This document shows, piece by piece, positions 52,851 to 64,000 of a stretch of 64,000 nt of DNA. Numbering within the stretch: position 1 is the first letter of the stretch; each line of letters starts with the position of its first letter. Under the pieces are notes generated by a model. It was given only the letters and a program-made list of their open reading frames with translations. It did not search any database and had not been told where the DNA came from. Both the position numbers and the translations under genes were made by a program. The DNA lies in contig CM126221.1 of NCBI GenBank assembly GCA_052327205.1, forward strand, positions 54,064,001 to 54,128,000. The letters run 5' to 3'. Source of the DNA: Somniosus microcephalus (lineage: Eukaryota).

Positions 52851-52957
52851 CTCAAATGGAAAATTGTCGTACGAGGCTGTTGTCACAATAGAATCTAAAT
52901 GCCTGCAGCTACTAAATTTGATGTTCTCCTCTCACCAACCTCATACCATAATACTAG

Positions 52958-53057
52958 GCACGATCCTTATGGAAACCAGTACCCTGGACAGGGAGTTCCG
53001 GCTGCGCAGTCGTATTCGAACCAGCAACCTGGAATGTTTCCACAGCAGCAACAGCAG
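52958..53057 (+). CDS. ARID1A: ARID1A exon 17 equivalent (100 nt)
   Basis: tactag|G CAC GAT...CAG CAG|gtaagt; HDPYGNQYPGQGVPAAQSYSNQQPGMFPQQQQQ. Confidence 0.92.
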
Positions 53058-53469
53058 GTAAGTGACATGGGGTGTTGGGCAGATAACACACGTGGCGCCC
53101 TAACTCTCTCCCAAAAGAAGCCAGCAAGGTGTGGGGCCTGGCCAGCCTCAGCCAAGCGGTTAAAACATTGATGTTTGTTGGAACAGTTGAATCCTATTAT
53201 GTGCAGTAGCTGGTGTTCCTGTTTGTGGATTTCAGTGTCGTTGCTTAAATATCGAGAACCAGAAGTCGATTACAGCTTTTAGTGAACGAGAGAAAATCTA
53301 TTAAATGTCCCTGACTGTGTTGTAGTATAAACAGAGCCAGGCTGGACCAGTATAACCAGACCTGCATTCAGCAAGACTGGTCACTAGTTAATGCATTAAT
53401 GCTGGATTTCTGTGCTGGAACTGAGGGGTGTCTAAGTTGGGTATATATTTCCACCCATTTCAATCTATT

Positions 53470-54345
53470 CTGGAGTTCTCTACAATCACAAAGGGACATA
53501 GACAGACGAAATGAGGCAAAACTATGGCAGATGGATTTCAATGTGGGGAAAGTGTGAGGTCATCCACTTTGGATCTGAGAGGCAAATGGGAATATTTTAT
53601 TAATGGCGAGAGACTAGATTCTGTAGCGGAGCAAAGAGATTGTGGAGGAGCAAAGAGATTTAGGTGCCCAGGTACATATATCACTAAAAGCTAGTGCAGA
53701 GGTAGAAACAGTAATAAAATGTTGGCGTTTATCTCAGAAGTTGGATTACAAAGGGGAGGAAGTTGTACTTCAGTTGTACAGAGCCTTGTTCAGACCCTAC
53801 CTGGATTATTGCGTTCAGTTCTGGGCACCACACCTCAGGAAAAATATATTGGCCTTGGAGGGGGTGCAGCGCAGATTCATCAAACTGATATCAGGGCTTC
53901 AAGAGTTATGAGGACAGGTTGCATAAACATGGCTTGTATTCCCTTGAATTTAGAAGGTTGAGGGCTGATCTGATTGAGTTATTTAAAGTGATAAAAGGAT
54001 TTGATAGGGTAGATACAGAGAAACTATTTCATATGGTGGGGGAAGTCCAGAACAAAAGGGCATAATTTTCAAATTCGAGCTAGGTCGTTCAGGAGTGAAA
54101 TCGGGAAGCACTTTTTCACACAATGGGTAGTGGAAATGTGGAACTCTCTTCCCCCAAAAGGCTGTGGATGCTGGGTCAATTGAAATTTTCAAAACTGAAA
54201 TCAATAGGGTTTGGTTGGGTAAAGGGTATCAAGGGATATGGATCAAAGGCAGGTGAATGGGGTTGAGGTAGAGATCAGCCATGATCTAATTGAATGGTGG
54301 AACAGGCTCAAGGGGCTGAATGGCCTGCTCCTGTTCCTATGTTTC
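53470..54345 (+). mobile_element. Older CR1 LINE 3' end
   Basis: ORF 53642-53911 LQLYRALFRPYLDYCVQFWAPHL; CR1 tail. Confidence 0.88.
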
Positions 54346-54804
54346 TAATTTAGGTGTAGCCAGCTTTGATATGTGAGGCATAACTGCTCTTGGGACGCAG
54401 TTGCACAGGTGCTGGCAGTCCTCTAATAAACCACTAAATGGCCATTATTCGTGGGTGAGTGCAGCAAACGAATTAACCATGAGAGAGAATCTGGCCAAAC
54501 CCAATCCTGTCCTTCCATCTGTGTAAACATCAGGCATTTCCATGGAGCCTGGGTCAGTGAGTGGTTATCAGGAGCGGTCCAATTCCTCCTCCCCTAAACC
54601 CAGAGGTACTGAGGCCTGTTGTACTCGCAGCCAGCCTCCTAAAGCAAAACGAGTTACTTATCAGTGGGATGAGGGTACTGCATTAAATGCCCTCTCTGAC
54701 AAAGCTCAACTCACTGTTCCTTTTCAAATATCCAGCTAGTATTATCCTCATACTTTTATTTGTAGGAGTTTAAGAAATCTGAGCATTCTCTTAATTTTTG
54801 TCAG

Positions 54805-55588
54805 AACTTCAAACGACAGATGGATGGGACTTACGGTCCTCCAGCCAAGCGGCACGAAGGTGAAATGTATGGAATGCCCTACACGACCCAGCAGTCTCAG
54901 CAAGATTTGTATAACCAATACAGCAATGCCTATCCTGGTACCGATCGCCGGCCGGTGCAGAATCAGTTTCCATTTCAGTACGGCAGAGAGAGAATGCAAG
55001 GTCCCCCTGGCTCAGCCACTCAGCAGCCTGTGCCCCCACAGATGATAGGAGGTCCATTGCAGTCTCCTCCTGAAGGACCACAGGGCACGGTGTGGCCGGG
55101 ACGAAATGACATGGCTTATAACTACCCAAACCGGCAAGGTCCTGGAGCCCCACCACAAGCTCCAGGATATCACAGCATGAATCGTTCAGAGGAGATGATG
55201 GGACCTGATCAGAGAATGAACCATGAAGGACAGTGGGCTTCCCAACGCCAGCCATCATTCACCCCCTCTGCTCCTCTTCCCCCGATCACAAGGCCATCAC
55301 AGTCCACCTACCAAACTCCTCCGTCAGTGCCAAACCACCTTTCCCAGGTGTCCAGTCCAGCTCCCATGCAGCGACCATTGGAAAACCGTACCTCACCCAG
55401 CAAGTCACCGTTTCTCCATTCAGGAATGAAGATGCAAAAAGTTGGACCCCCGATGCCTGCATCTCATATTTCTGGACCCTCTACGCAGCCACCACTGATG
55501 AGACGAGACATCACCTTCCCTCCTGGTTCAGTTGAGGCATCTCAACCAGTCCTGAAATCCCGGCGGAGACTCACCACCAAGGACATTG
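54805..55588 (+). CDS. ARID1A: ARID1A exon 18 equivalent (784 nt; internal in-frame acceptor at 55348)
   Basis: tgtcag|AAC TTC AAA...ATT G|gtaagt; [22 protein letters not shown]...[29 protein letters not shown]. Confidence 0.96.
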
Positions 55589-56317
55589 GTAAGTGGTGAT
55601 AAACGGTAATGTTCAAAGAGCTCAGATCAATTAGACTGGGAACTCTTCAATAATTGCAATCTGTGTCCAAGCCAAATGAAACTGGTGTGGTCTGTAAACA
55701 GGTGAATTTAGTAAATCCAGACGAACACTGCAACAAGCAGTTCATTGCAGGGTTGCCTGAATTTGGCACGTGGGGCAATGGCACAGACCAGATGTGTGCT
55801 TGGGGAGACATTCCAGTTAAACTGATCTGTGCTCCTGTATGGTGTTGGTGTAGCTGTACTGGTTGGCAGTTTGCTGTGTGTGTTAGAGTGTGTATGCTGC
55901 TATACAGGCAGCTTCAATGGTTTAAAGAAAAGCTTTGTGTTATGGATGCTGTGTATTCTTACCCTTTTGCCCAGAGTGGTGGGGCAGAGGTGCTTGCCAA
56001 CGCTTCCAGGAGTGAAGGGTTGTTCTAATGGCGTGTTCCAGAGTCAGCAACAATCCAACATGTTTTTAAACATGAATCCTTAAAACGCAGCCAGAAAGTG
56101 AAAATATTCCCAACCGGGTGCGGACACAAGATTTCCAGCCTGTTTAAGTCCACCTGTGGTTCTGGAATGTTTGTGTCAATAATTTTATGAAAATAACTTC
56201 AATTATAAAAAAAAAACTTTTATATTAAAGGTCTGAGCAGGATATTTGAATAACAGATTTCCAATTGATGGTTCGTACTGGGATCCCAAGAGAATTATAG
56301 GTCCTGTTGCTGGAATT

Positions 56318-56849
56318 CCCGGGCAGAGGCTGGTGCGCTGGGATCCCCACCCGGGCAGAGGCTGGTGCGCTGGGATCCCCACCCGGGCAGAGGCTGGTGC
56401 GCTGGGATCCCCACCCGGGCAGAGGCTGGTGCGCTGGGATCCCCACCCGGGCAGAGGCTGGTGCGCTGGGATCCCCACCCGGGCAGAGGCTGGTGCGCTG
56501 GGATCCCCACCCGGGCAGAGGCTGGTGCGCTGGGATCCCCACCCGGGCAGAGGCTGGTGCGCTGGGATCCCCACCCGGGCAGAGGCTGGTGCGCTGGGAT
56601 CCCCACCCGGGCAGAGGCTGGTGCGCTGGGATCCCCACCCGGGCAGAGGCTGGTGCGCTGGGATCCCCACCCGGGCAGAGGCTGGTGCGCTGGGATCCCC
56701 ACCCGGGCAGAGGCTGGTGCGCTGGGATCCCCACCCGGGCAGAGGCTGGTGCGCTGGGATCCCCACCCGGGCAGAGGCTGGTGCGCTGGGATCCCCACCC
56801 GGGCAGAGGCTGGTGCGCTGGGATCCCCACCCGGGCAGAGGCTGGTGCG
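56318..56849. repeat. Perfect minisatellite, 32 bp x ~16.6
   Basis: cccgggcagaggctggtgcgctgggatcccca, no variant unit seen. Confidence 0.98.
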
Positions 56850-57898
56850 ACTGCATACTGGGCTATATTAGAGTGGGTGAGTTTGGTGAACTTTAGGATG
56901 TATAAATTGAGGTTGTGCGGATGGTTTTGGTCGGGATACTTCTGGTAGGCAGGCCTGGAATGGTGATACCAAGCAGAGTGGCCACATGGACTAGAGGTAA
57001 TGTTGCCTGGGTAAGCAGCCCAAAGCAGAGAAATGTATCTGGTTATGTGTTCCGGAGGTTGTATTGTGCGCGAGTGATAAATTATCACTAGTCAGATTTT
57101 TTTTCTTCTCTCTCTGAGATACTTTAAGTGTGAGATGGATGAACTGTGTCCTGGGTTTTTGCTGCTTTTAACAGTGTGCCTTGTCTGTACTGGTGATGTT
57201 GCTGTGACCTTTCCCGCAAGTTTAAAAATAGATGTGGCTCAATGCTCCTTTCTATGGTCCAGCTCCATTGAGGGGTTCACTGTAGATCTGGGTAACCCCA
57301 ACTGAATAGGGTTAAACAGAAAACTGACCCAGGTCAGCTGCTGTTGCAGGAAACCTGGCCATGTACCTGCACACAAGGCCAGACATGACGTAAGCAAGCG
57401 AGCCCAAGATACCATTAGAATTCTGCTTCTCTTCACAGCATCTACTTGTATTTTATATAGCACCTTCAACGTAGTAAAACATCCCAAGGCGCTTCACGAC
57501 AAAAATTTGACAAGCATTTGTATGTTCAACCTTTTAGGAAAAATGACAAATGTGAAGTAAACCTGGGTACAAGGGCTGTGGGGAAAGAGTGGGCAAGTGG
57601 GATTAATACCTTTTACAAAGAGCCGGCATAGGCAAGATGGGCCAAATGGCCGCCTTCTGTGCTCTGATTCTAAACTTTGTGTTGGCCCACGAGCTATCTT
57701 GAGGACCACATCCCATTAATCATGCTGCTCAGTTGACCAGACAAAGTTGCTAGTTTTGCTAAATGTTGCCTTTTTGTTAAGGCTGACGTTGGAGTGGGGT
57801 GCAGACCAGGTGATTTGAGAAATAGTACGGCCACACCAAACTTGGATTTCAAATGCTTGCAGATTGTAGGAAAAGGAAGCTGGGGAATTTGAGGTCCT

Positions 57899-57974
57899 GG
57901 GAAAGAATGAGTTAGAGTGGAGATGGAGATGATGTGATGGGGAAAGAATGAGTTAGAGTGGAGATGGTGTGATG
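57899..57974. repeat. Tandem duplication, period 41 bp
   Basis: gggaaagaatgagttagagtggagatgg occurs twice. Confidence 0.85.
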
Positions 57975-58212
57975 AGTCTAGTCAACACAGTGAAGATGCA
58001 GAGAGGTGGAAAAGTGTAAGACAATGTATTTGAGCGGAGGAGGGAACAAGAAGAATTATTTTGATCATTGACCATTGATGAGTATTGATGAAAGGAGAGA
58101 GAGGGGAGAAAGGTTGCAAACGCAGTGTAATGCTCAGGACGGGCGTGTTGTGAATGTGTTAGGCTGTCCCCAGATTGTGGTTTAAGCATCATTCTTTGTG
58201 TTCCATTCCCAG

Positions 58213-58343
58213 GCACCCCAGAGGCTTGGCGGGTGATGATGTCCCTTAAATCTGGCCTCCTGGCTGAAAGTACCTGGGCCTTGGACACCATTAATATTTT
58301 ACTGTACGATGATAGCAGTGTAGCCACCTTCACACTCTCACAG
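58213..58343 (+). CDS. ARID1A: ARID1A exon 19 equivalent (131 nt)
   Basis: tcccag|GC ACC CCA...TCA CAG|gtgagt; [43 protein letters not shown]. Confidence 0.97.
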
Positions 58344-59984
58344 GTGAGTAAACAGCACTCTCCAGACTCAGAGTAAGCCTTGCAGACTGGGAACAGAATC
58401 TGGTCACTCTGGGCAGAGTTTGGGATTGAAATCTGACTTGCGAGTTTGCTTCCTGCACAGTCGGTTAGAGGATAGTCTCAGTGCCTGGATTTTGCTGTCT
58501 GGTACCTATCCAGGTAGAATAAATGTAGTGCAATGGTGTCTCAGCTGGTCATGTGTTGATCAGGCATCAGGTGGCTCTGGAAGGCTTGTACACCAGTCGG
58601 AACTTATGGCTTTGAAAATGAACAAACCGCTCTGAGGTGCAGGTGGCTCGTGTGTGCGTTCACTCTTGCTCGCTCACTCTCGCATGTGCTCACGCTCGCT
58701 CACTGTAATGCACTCTTGCTGTCCTTCCCCTAACATTTTTGGAGACGAGGAGACCTGAAATATATGCAAAGAAATTTGGCCCTTTAACATTTAGGCTAAA
58801 CTTAAAATGCTCTCCACTCATGGGAACAGCATCTCCTTCATTTAGTAAAATCTGTGAACTGTATTATGACATCACCAGAGACACATTGGAACACCACCAC
58901 CAGCAGGCACTCTGAATCCATCATGCTGCGACTTTATTTTTTGACCGTATTCTGTAAACTTTGGCGGTCCTGGCGGTGAGTGAGCATCGCACGCTGTGAG
59001 CACGCATTGGACTATCAGTCACGCCGGGGAGGGGGTGTTGGAGGGCTGGGCTGGGAAGAGCCGTGCCAGGGAAGGCCACCCATACAGCTTCTAGTTATTC
59101 TTTTTCATTTGAAATGAAGGAGAATGAGGTGTTCTCTCCTCCACGCTTCATATTCTCAGCATGCTGCACTCTGGGTCGTAACAGTGATTTTCCTCATGGG
59201 TTTTAAAACTTCCTGGCCATGCGCAATGTGGCCACAAAATACCGAATGATTATAAAATATTTTTACAGAGGAAAGGACGGGTTGGGTGAAGGGTGCGATT
59301 AGGTGCTGCATCATCCTTTTGCCTCTGGCACCAGAGTTAACTGAGACAAAAATGTCCTCACTGCTGTCTGTCAGAACCCTCGGTTTGGACCCTCAGCCCC
59401 AGCCCTGATGGACATGTGTTCATAGCTGCACCTCATTCACCAAACTGGCCGTCTCACTCGGGTCACAGGACGGCTAGTGCCAAGTGAATGTCCTGCAGTA
59501 GGACTGGTCTTTGGAAGTTGGGGTTAAGTCTAATTAAGGCAGACCAGAGTGAGCTTTGTTCAGAGGTTGGCGCACCATAGCTGATCTGGGTATACCCGGT
59601 GCTAGGACTTGCTGCCTAAATAGAGAAATCATTCCATTCCCAGGTACTAATACCCCAGGCCTTAACAAACACAAACATTCACCAAAAAAGATAAATGGAA
59701 AAGCTTGTATAGGAGGGAGTGATGAGACATGAGAGCCTGGAGTTGGCTTCAGGTTCATGCTGCAGGTCAGGTTGCAAGTTATTTCCCTCACAGGAGGGAA
59801 GGGGAAAGTGACCAATTAGTCACTTTAACTTTCATCCTGATCGGTTGGCAGTGCTGTAATTATTCAGTGTCACTGGCAGAGCAGGAAGCATAGAATTTGC
59901 AGCACTTGGCAGGCCTTTCGGCCCATTGTATCTGTGCTGATGCTAGCTCTTCTACTGCGATGCTTCCAGAGGTTTAATGTTGTC

Positions 59985-60645
59985 AATTTGAAGGTGGCAG
60001 GACAAGTTGAGAAGGCTGTTCTTAAAAGACAAACATACGGGATCCTTGGCTTCATAAACAGGCATAGAGTGCAAAAGCAAGGAAGTTGTGTTAAACCTTT
60101 ATAAAACACTGGTAAGGCCTTAGCTAGAGCATTTTGTTCACTTCTGGGCTCCACACTTTAGGAAGGATGTCAAGACCATGGAGAGGGTGCAGAGGCGATT
60201 TACTAGAGTGGTACCAGGGATGAGTGGTATGCGGCGAGACTGGAGAAACTAGGATTGCTCTCCTTCGAGCAGAGTAGGTTAAAGGGAGATTTGAGAGAGG
60301 TGTTCAAAGTCATGAAGGGTTTTGATCGAGTAGATGGGGAGAAACTGTTTCCAGTGGCAGGAGGGTCTGTAATCCGAGGACGCAGATTTAAAATAATTGG
60401 CAAAAGAACCAGAAGGGAGATGAGAAATTTTACTTATGCAGCGAGTTGTTGTGATCTGGGATGCACTACCTGAAAGGGTGGTGGAAGCAGATTCAACAGT
60501 ACATTCAAAAAGGGAATTGGATATATATATTGGGAAAATTTGCAGGGCTATGGCGAAAGAGCCGGGAAGTGGGACGAATTGGTTAGTTCTTCGAAAGAGC
60601 CGGCACAGGCCCAATGGACGAATGGCCTTCTGTGCTGTATGATTG
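59985..60645 (+). mobile_element. CR1 LINE 3' end (with a short antisense tail at ~59885-59960)
   Basis: SFEQSRLKGDLREVFKVMKG, RVVVIWDALPERVVEA; tail gaatggccttctgtgctgtatgatt. Confidence 0.85.
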
Positions 60646-61129
60646 AATGAACACGAGCATCAGGGGTCACGTGAACAACAGCCACTTGATTGCAGTATCG
60701 CCCGCGAATCTGCACGTTAGTGAGAGCCAGCGGCTTCAGGAAGGGAGAGGAAGTTGCCAAGAATATTTAAAAAAAAAACTTAAAGTAATTAATGAAAGTA
60801 AAAATGTTTGTAATTGGGTTTATTTGGTGCTAATTAATGCAGTAAAGCTGTGTAACAGTGCCAGTGCAGGATTGTTACAGCCCCTGTCCCCCTCTCTCGG
60901 TCCTCAGCACAGATGTCAGTGCTTCTGGACTTTAAACTTTTCTTGTGCTGCCAATGCCAAGAGCTGGTTCACAAGCAAAATGTGGCTCAGGACTGAGGAT
61001 TGGTTGTTCCAGGACTGAAGTGAACAGGCACAAAGCTGGGGTTTCATGTCCTGCTGGAGCCTGCTCACCTTTCTGCTTAGAGATGCTGGCCTGCACTCGA
61101 CCCCTCACCTCTGTTTTATCTTTTCCCAG

Positions 61130-62824
61130 TTACCTGGATTCCTGGAGCTTCTGGTGGAGTATTTCCGGCGATGCTTGATTGAAATATTTGGAATTCTGAA
61201 GGAGTACGAGATCGGGGACCCTGGCCAAAAGACACTGCTGGATCCAGAGCAGTTTGGGAAAGTAAAACTGCAGTCAGAGCTTGAGGTGGAGGAAGACGAG
61301 TGCAACATCAGTGAGGAGGAAATGGCAGCTAACACAACCGAGGATGACACGACCATCGAGAGCACAGAGGAGAATCCCAAGCACATCAGCAAGTTTGACA
61401 GACTTCCTGTGAAAATGGTTAGAAAGAGTGACCTGTTTGTGGTGGATCGCTCGGATAAGTTGGGCAGGGTGCAGGAGTTTGACAGTGGTTTGCTGCACTG
61501 GCAAATTGGGGGAGGTGACACTACAGAACACATCCAAACACACTTTGAGGGTAAGTCGCAGGTACCGCTGCGAAAACGAACCACAGCCCGTGCAGGAGCC
61601 ACAAAAAGGCACACAGCCGAGAGCAAAAAAGGGACAGCAGAGGGAGAAACCGAGGCAACGGCTGAGGAGCCTGAGAAAAGCATAACTGCGACCATGGATG
61701 ATGTTCTGTCAGCGACGCCTGGCTCCTTGAACAAGGAGGCAGTAAACGGTTCAGTAGTGGGGAACACAGAGAGCAGCAAGTTTCCTTTCGCTATTCACCA
61801 GGCACAAAGTCATAAAAATATCAAAATTCTTGAGGATGAGCCTTGCAGCCGGGATGAGGTGCCGCTATGTATGATGGCGGACTGGCAGGACTCTTTAGCG
61901 AAGCGGTGTATTTGTATATCAAACATCGTCCGCAGCTTGTCGTTTGTGCCTGGGAATGATGCAGAGATGTCGAAACACCCCGGCTTGCTGCTCATCTTGG
62001 GCAAGCTGATCCTGCAGCACCATGAACACCCTGAACGGAAACAGGCGCCATTAACGTACGAGAAGGAGGATGAGGAGGATGAAGGTGTGAGCTGTGATAG
62101 TGATGAGTGGTGGTGGGACTGTTTAGAAGTATTACGGGAAAACACTCTTGTCACATTGGCCAACATTTCTGGGCAGCTAGACCTGTCTCTGTACCCGGAG
62201 AGTATCTGCTTGCCAATTCTGGATGGATTGTTGCACTGGGCTGTGTGTCCTGCAGCAGAAGCCCAAGACCCTTTCCCAATGCTAGGTCCCAATGCAATAC
62301 TCTCCCCCCAGAGACTCGTCCTGGAGAGCTTATGTAAACTCAGTATCCAGGACAATAACGTGGACCTGATCCTGGCGACGCCTCCTTTTAGTCGTTTGGA
62401 GAAATTTTATGGGATACTGGTCCGGCTCATCGGGGAACGGAAAAGCCAGGTGTGCCGTGAAATGTGTGTGGTGCTGTTGGCAAATCTGGCACAGGGAGAT
62501 AGCCTGGCTGCCCGAGCGATCGCCGTTCGGAAGGGAAGCATCAGTAACCTGCTGGGCTTTTTGGAAGATAGCCTTGCTGCCACTCAACTCCAGCAGAGTC
62601 AGTCCAGCCTGATGCACTTGCAGACTGCACCTATTGAGCCAACAAGTATGGACATGATGCGCCGGGCAGCCAAGGCCCTGCTGGCAATGGCAAAAGTAGA
62701 AGAAAACCACTCTGAGTTCACGTTGCATGAGGCGCGACTGCTAGATATCTCTGTATCGCCTCTCCTGAACTCGCTGGTTACAAATGTAATTTGTGATGTA
62801 CTCTTCATGATAGGCCAGTCATGA
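61130..62824 (+). CDS. ARID1A: ARID1A terminal exon 20, coding part; ARM-like BAF250_C (DUF3518) core-binding region
   Basis: tcccag|TTA CCT GGA; [27 protein letters not shown]...[27 protein letters not shown]...[12 protein letters not shown]; the GQS ending is ARID1A-type. Confidence 0.98.
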   Translation, partial: LPGFLELLVEYFRRCLIEIFGILKEYEIGDPGQKTLLDPEQFGKVKLQSELEVEEDECNISEEEMAANTTEDDTTIESTEENPKHISKFDRLPVKMVRKSDLFVVDRSDKLGRVQEFDSGLLHWQIGGGDTTEHIQTHFEGKSQVPLRKRTTARAGATKRHTAESKKGTAEGETEATAEEPEKSITATMDDVLSATPGSLNKEAVNGSVVGNTESSKFPFAIHQAQSHKNIKILEDEPCSRDEVPLCMMADWQDSLAKRCICISNIVRSLSFVPGNDAEMSKHPGLLLILGKLILQHHEHPERKQAPLTYEKEDEEDEGVSCDSDEWWWDCLEVLRENTLVTLANISGQLDLSLYPESICLPILDGLLHWAVCPAAEAQDPFPMLGPNAILSPQRLVLESLCKLSIQDNNVDLILATPPFSRLEKFYGILVRLIGERKSQVCREMCVVLLANLAQGDSLAARAIAVRKGSISNLLGFLEDSLAATQLQQSQSSLMHLQTAPIEPTSMDMMRRAAKALLAMAKVEENHSEFTLHEARLLDISVSPLLNSLVTNVICDVLFMIGQS

Positions 62825-63807
62825 CAGCCGTGGGAACCTTACCGTGTGTGTGCGTGAGTGGAGATCTTTGAATCGACTGTTTCTGTCTTTATTTATGCAA
62901 AAACCACCTCTGTTCCCAAAATCTGCCCCCACCCACTCTTAACAATGGAAGGATATTGTAGTCATTTTGATCAAGTACCAGAGGAAAAAAAAACAATGAA
63001 TGTTTGCTGCCTGTGTATAAGTCTGAAATTTTTTAACCAAAGTTGCTGTCTCGTTTACAGTGAGTTTGGGAGACTGCCTCGTTCCTGGAGGGCCCTGCTT
63101 CGAGGTTTTTATGGTAAATTTTGGAACCTAAGTGACTTGGGAAATCTTTGTGGTTCAGTGCTGTACTCTGAATTGTAACTTAACCACTGGAAGGTGGCTC
63201 GTCGGAAGCTCTGTGTACGCCATGCAGGAGACAGCCTGCGCATTAGACCCTAGACGTATGTAACCTTCGACCAGCTGTAAACAATGTTTCACATTGAGAA
63301 ATGCTGGTTTGGCAGCAAACTGTAGTTTTAAAACTTTTTAGTTTACAGTAAACGTGAAAAAGGCTTTTCCCCCTTCTCAAAGTATCATGTGTGTATCTAC
63401 AACACCCTGACCTCCCCTTGATTGTATGGACTTTCCTCTTTCACTTCCTGACTGGTTTTAAACTGCAGCCTCAGCCCCTGAGCTGTGATTGTATATAGAA
63501 GTTGTACAATGCACATACCCTCAGAGTTGGTTGTTTTTTTCCTTCTCTCGTAGAATGAGGTTTACAATTTTCATGACATGGTCAAGCGAGAAGTGACGAT
63601 AGCTTTTATTTCCATCGGCCATATCCTGCGAGGGTAATGTACAAGTTTCTGTATGTATAAAGTTGTGCTCTAGTTCAAGGAGAGCAACAGATCACGTTTT
63701 TCCTTTATAATCAAGGTGTGGAAAAAAGTTTAGGTTCAGTTGAAGCTCACAAAAAATGATGAAGAAACACAATTTGAGATTTTTCAGTGCTATGAAATCT
63801 GCATATT
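62825..63807 (+). other. ARID1A: ARID1A 3' UTR (truncated by assembly gap)
   Basis: Follows the stop codon; no recognisable repeats; several blocks resemble the recalled human ARID1A 3' UTR; no AATAAA seen before the gap. Confidence 0.85.
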
Positions 63808-63958
63808 NNNNNNNNNNNNNNNNNNNNNNNNNNNNNNNNNNNNNNNNNNNNNNNNNNNNNNNNNNNNNNNNNNNNNNNNNNNNNNNNNNNNNNNNNNNNN
63901 NNNNNNNNNNNNNNNNNNNNNNNNNNNNNNNNNNNNNNNNNNNNNNNNNNNNNNNNNN
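63808..63958. other. Assembly gap (151 N)
   Basis: Run of N. Confidence 1.
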
Positions 63959-64000
63959 GTTTTCGTTCATTTCCGCAGGTCTGTGAAGGGGTGCTTCTGT

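Noticed and set aside
56203-57088. Six-frame open ORFs of 167-287 aa
   Set aside because: Produced by the stop-free 32-bp minisatellite
61105-62355. Antisense ORFs of 181-224 aa over exon 20
   Set aside because: Shadow frames of the coding strand
63959-64000. Acceptor-like ttttcgttcatttccgcag|gt after the gap
   Set aside because: Only 42 bp of context; could equally be a U/GU-rich element downstream of the poly(A) site

Overview
Eukaryotic (vertebrate) genomic DNA. The repeat content (CR1 LINEs, SacSINE1/Deu-type and HE1/V-type SINEs) points to a cartilaginous fish (shark). The whole window lies inside one + strand gene, ARID1A (BAF250a, SWI/SNF-BAF subunit). Positions 1-21146 are the 3' part of the large intron 4. 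Sixteen coding exons (equivalent to human exons 5-20) follow, all with GT-AG boundaries and consistent phases, totalling 4761 nt = 1586 codons + TGA (62822-62824). The 3' UTR runs into a 151-N gap. Introns hold CR1/L2 fragments (two CR1-in-CR1 antisense nests in intron 15), SINEs, four TIR-bounded non-autonomous DNA transposons and several minisatellites. No prokaryotic system or CRISPR array is present. Best leads: (1) an in-frame internal acceptor in exon 18 giving a 241-nt short exon like human isoform b; (2) a MITE just before the ARID exons carrying five consensus donors and two acceptors (candidate poison exons); (3) a TATA/CCAAT/GC-box promoter-like island upstream of exon 5; (4) a minisatellite that seems to have arisen inside an LF-SINE-like element; (5) deeply conserved 3' UTR blocks. 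Comparisons with human ARID1A/ARID1B and repeat consensus sequences are from memory and need alignment. Repeat boundaries are approximate.
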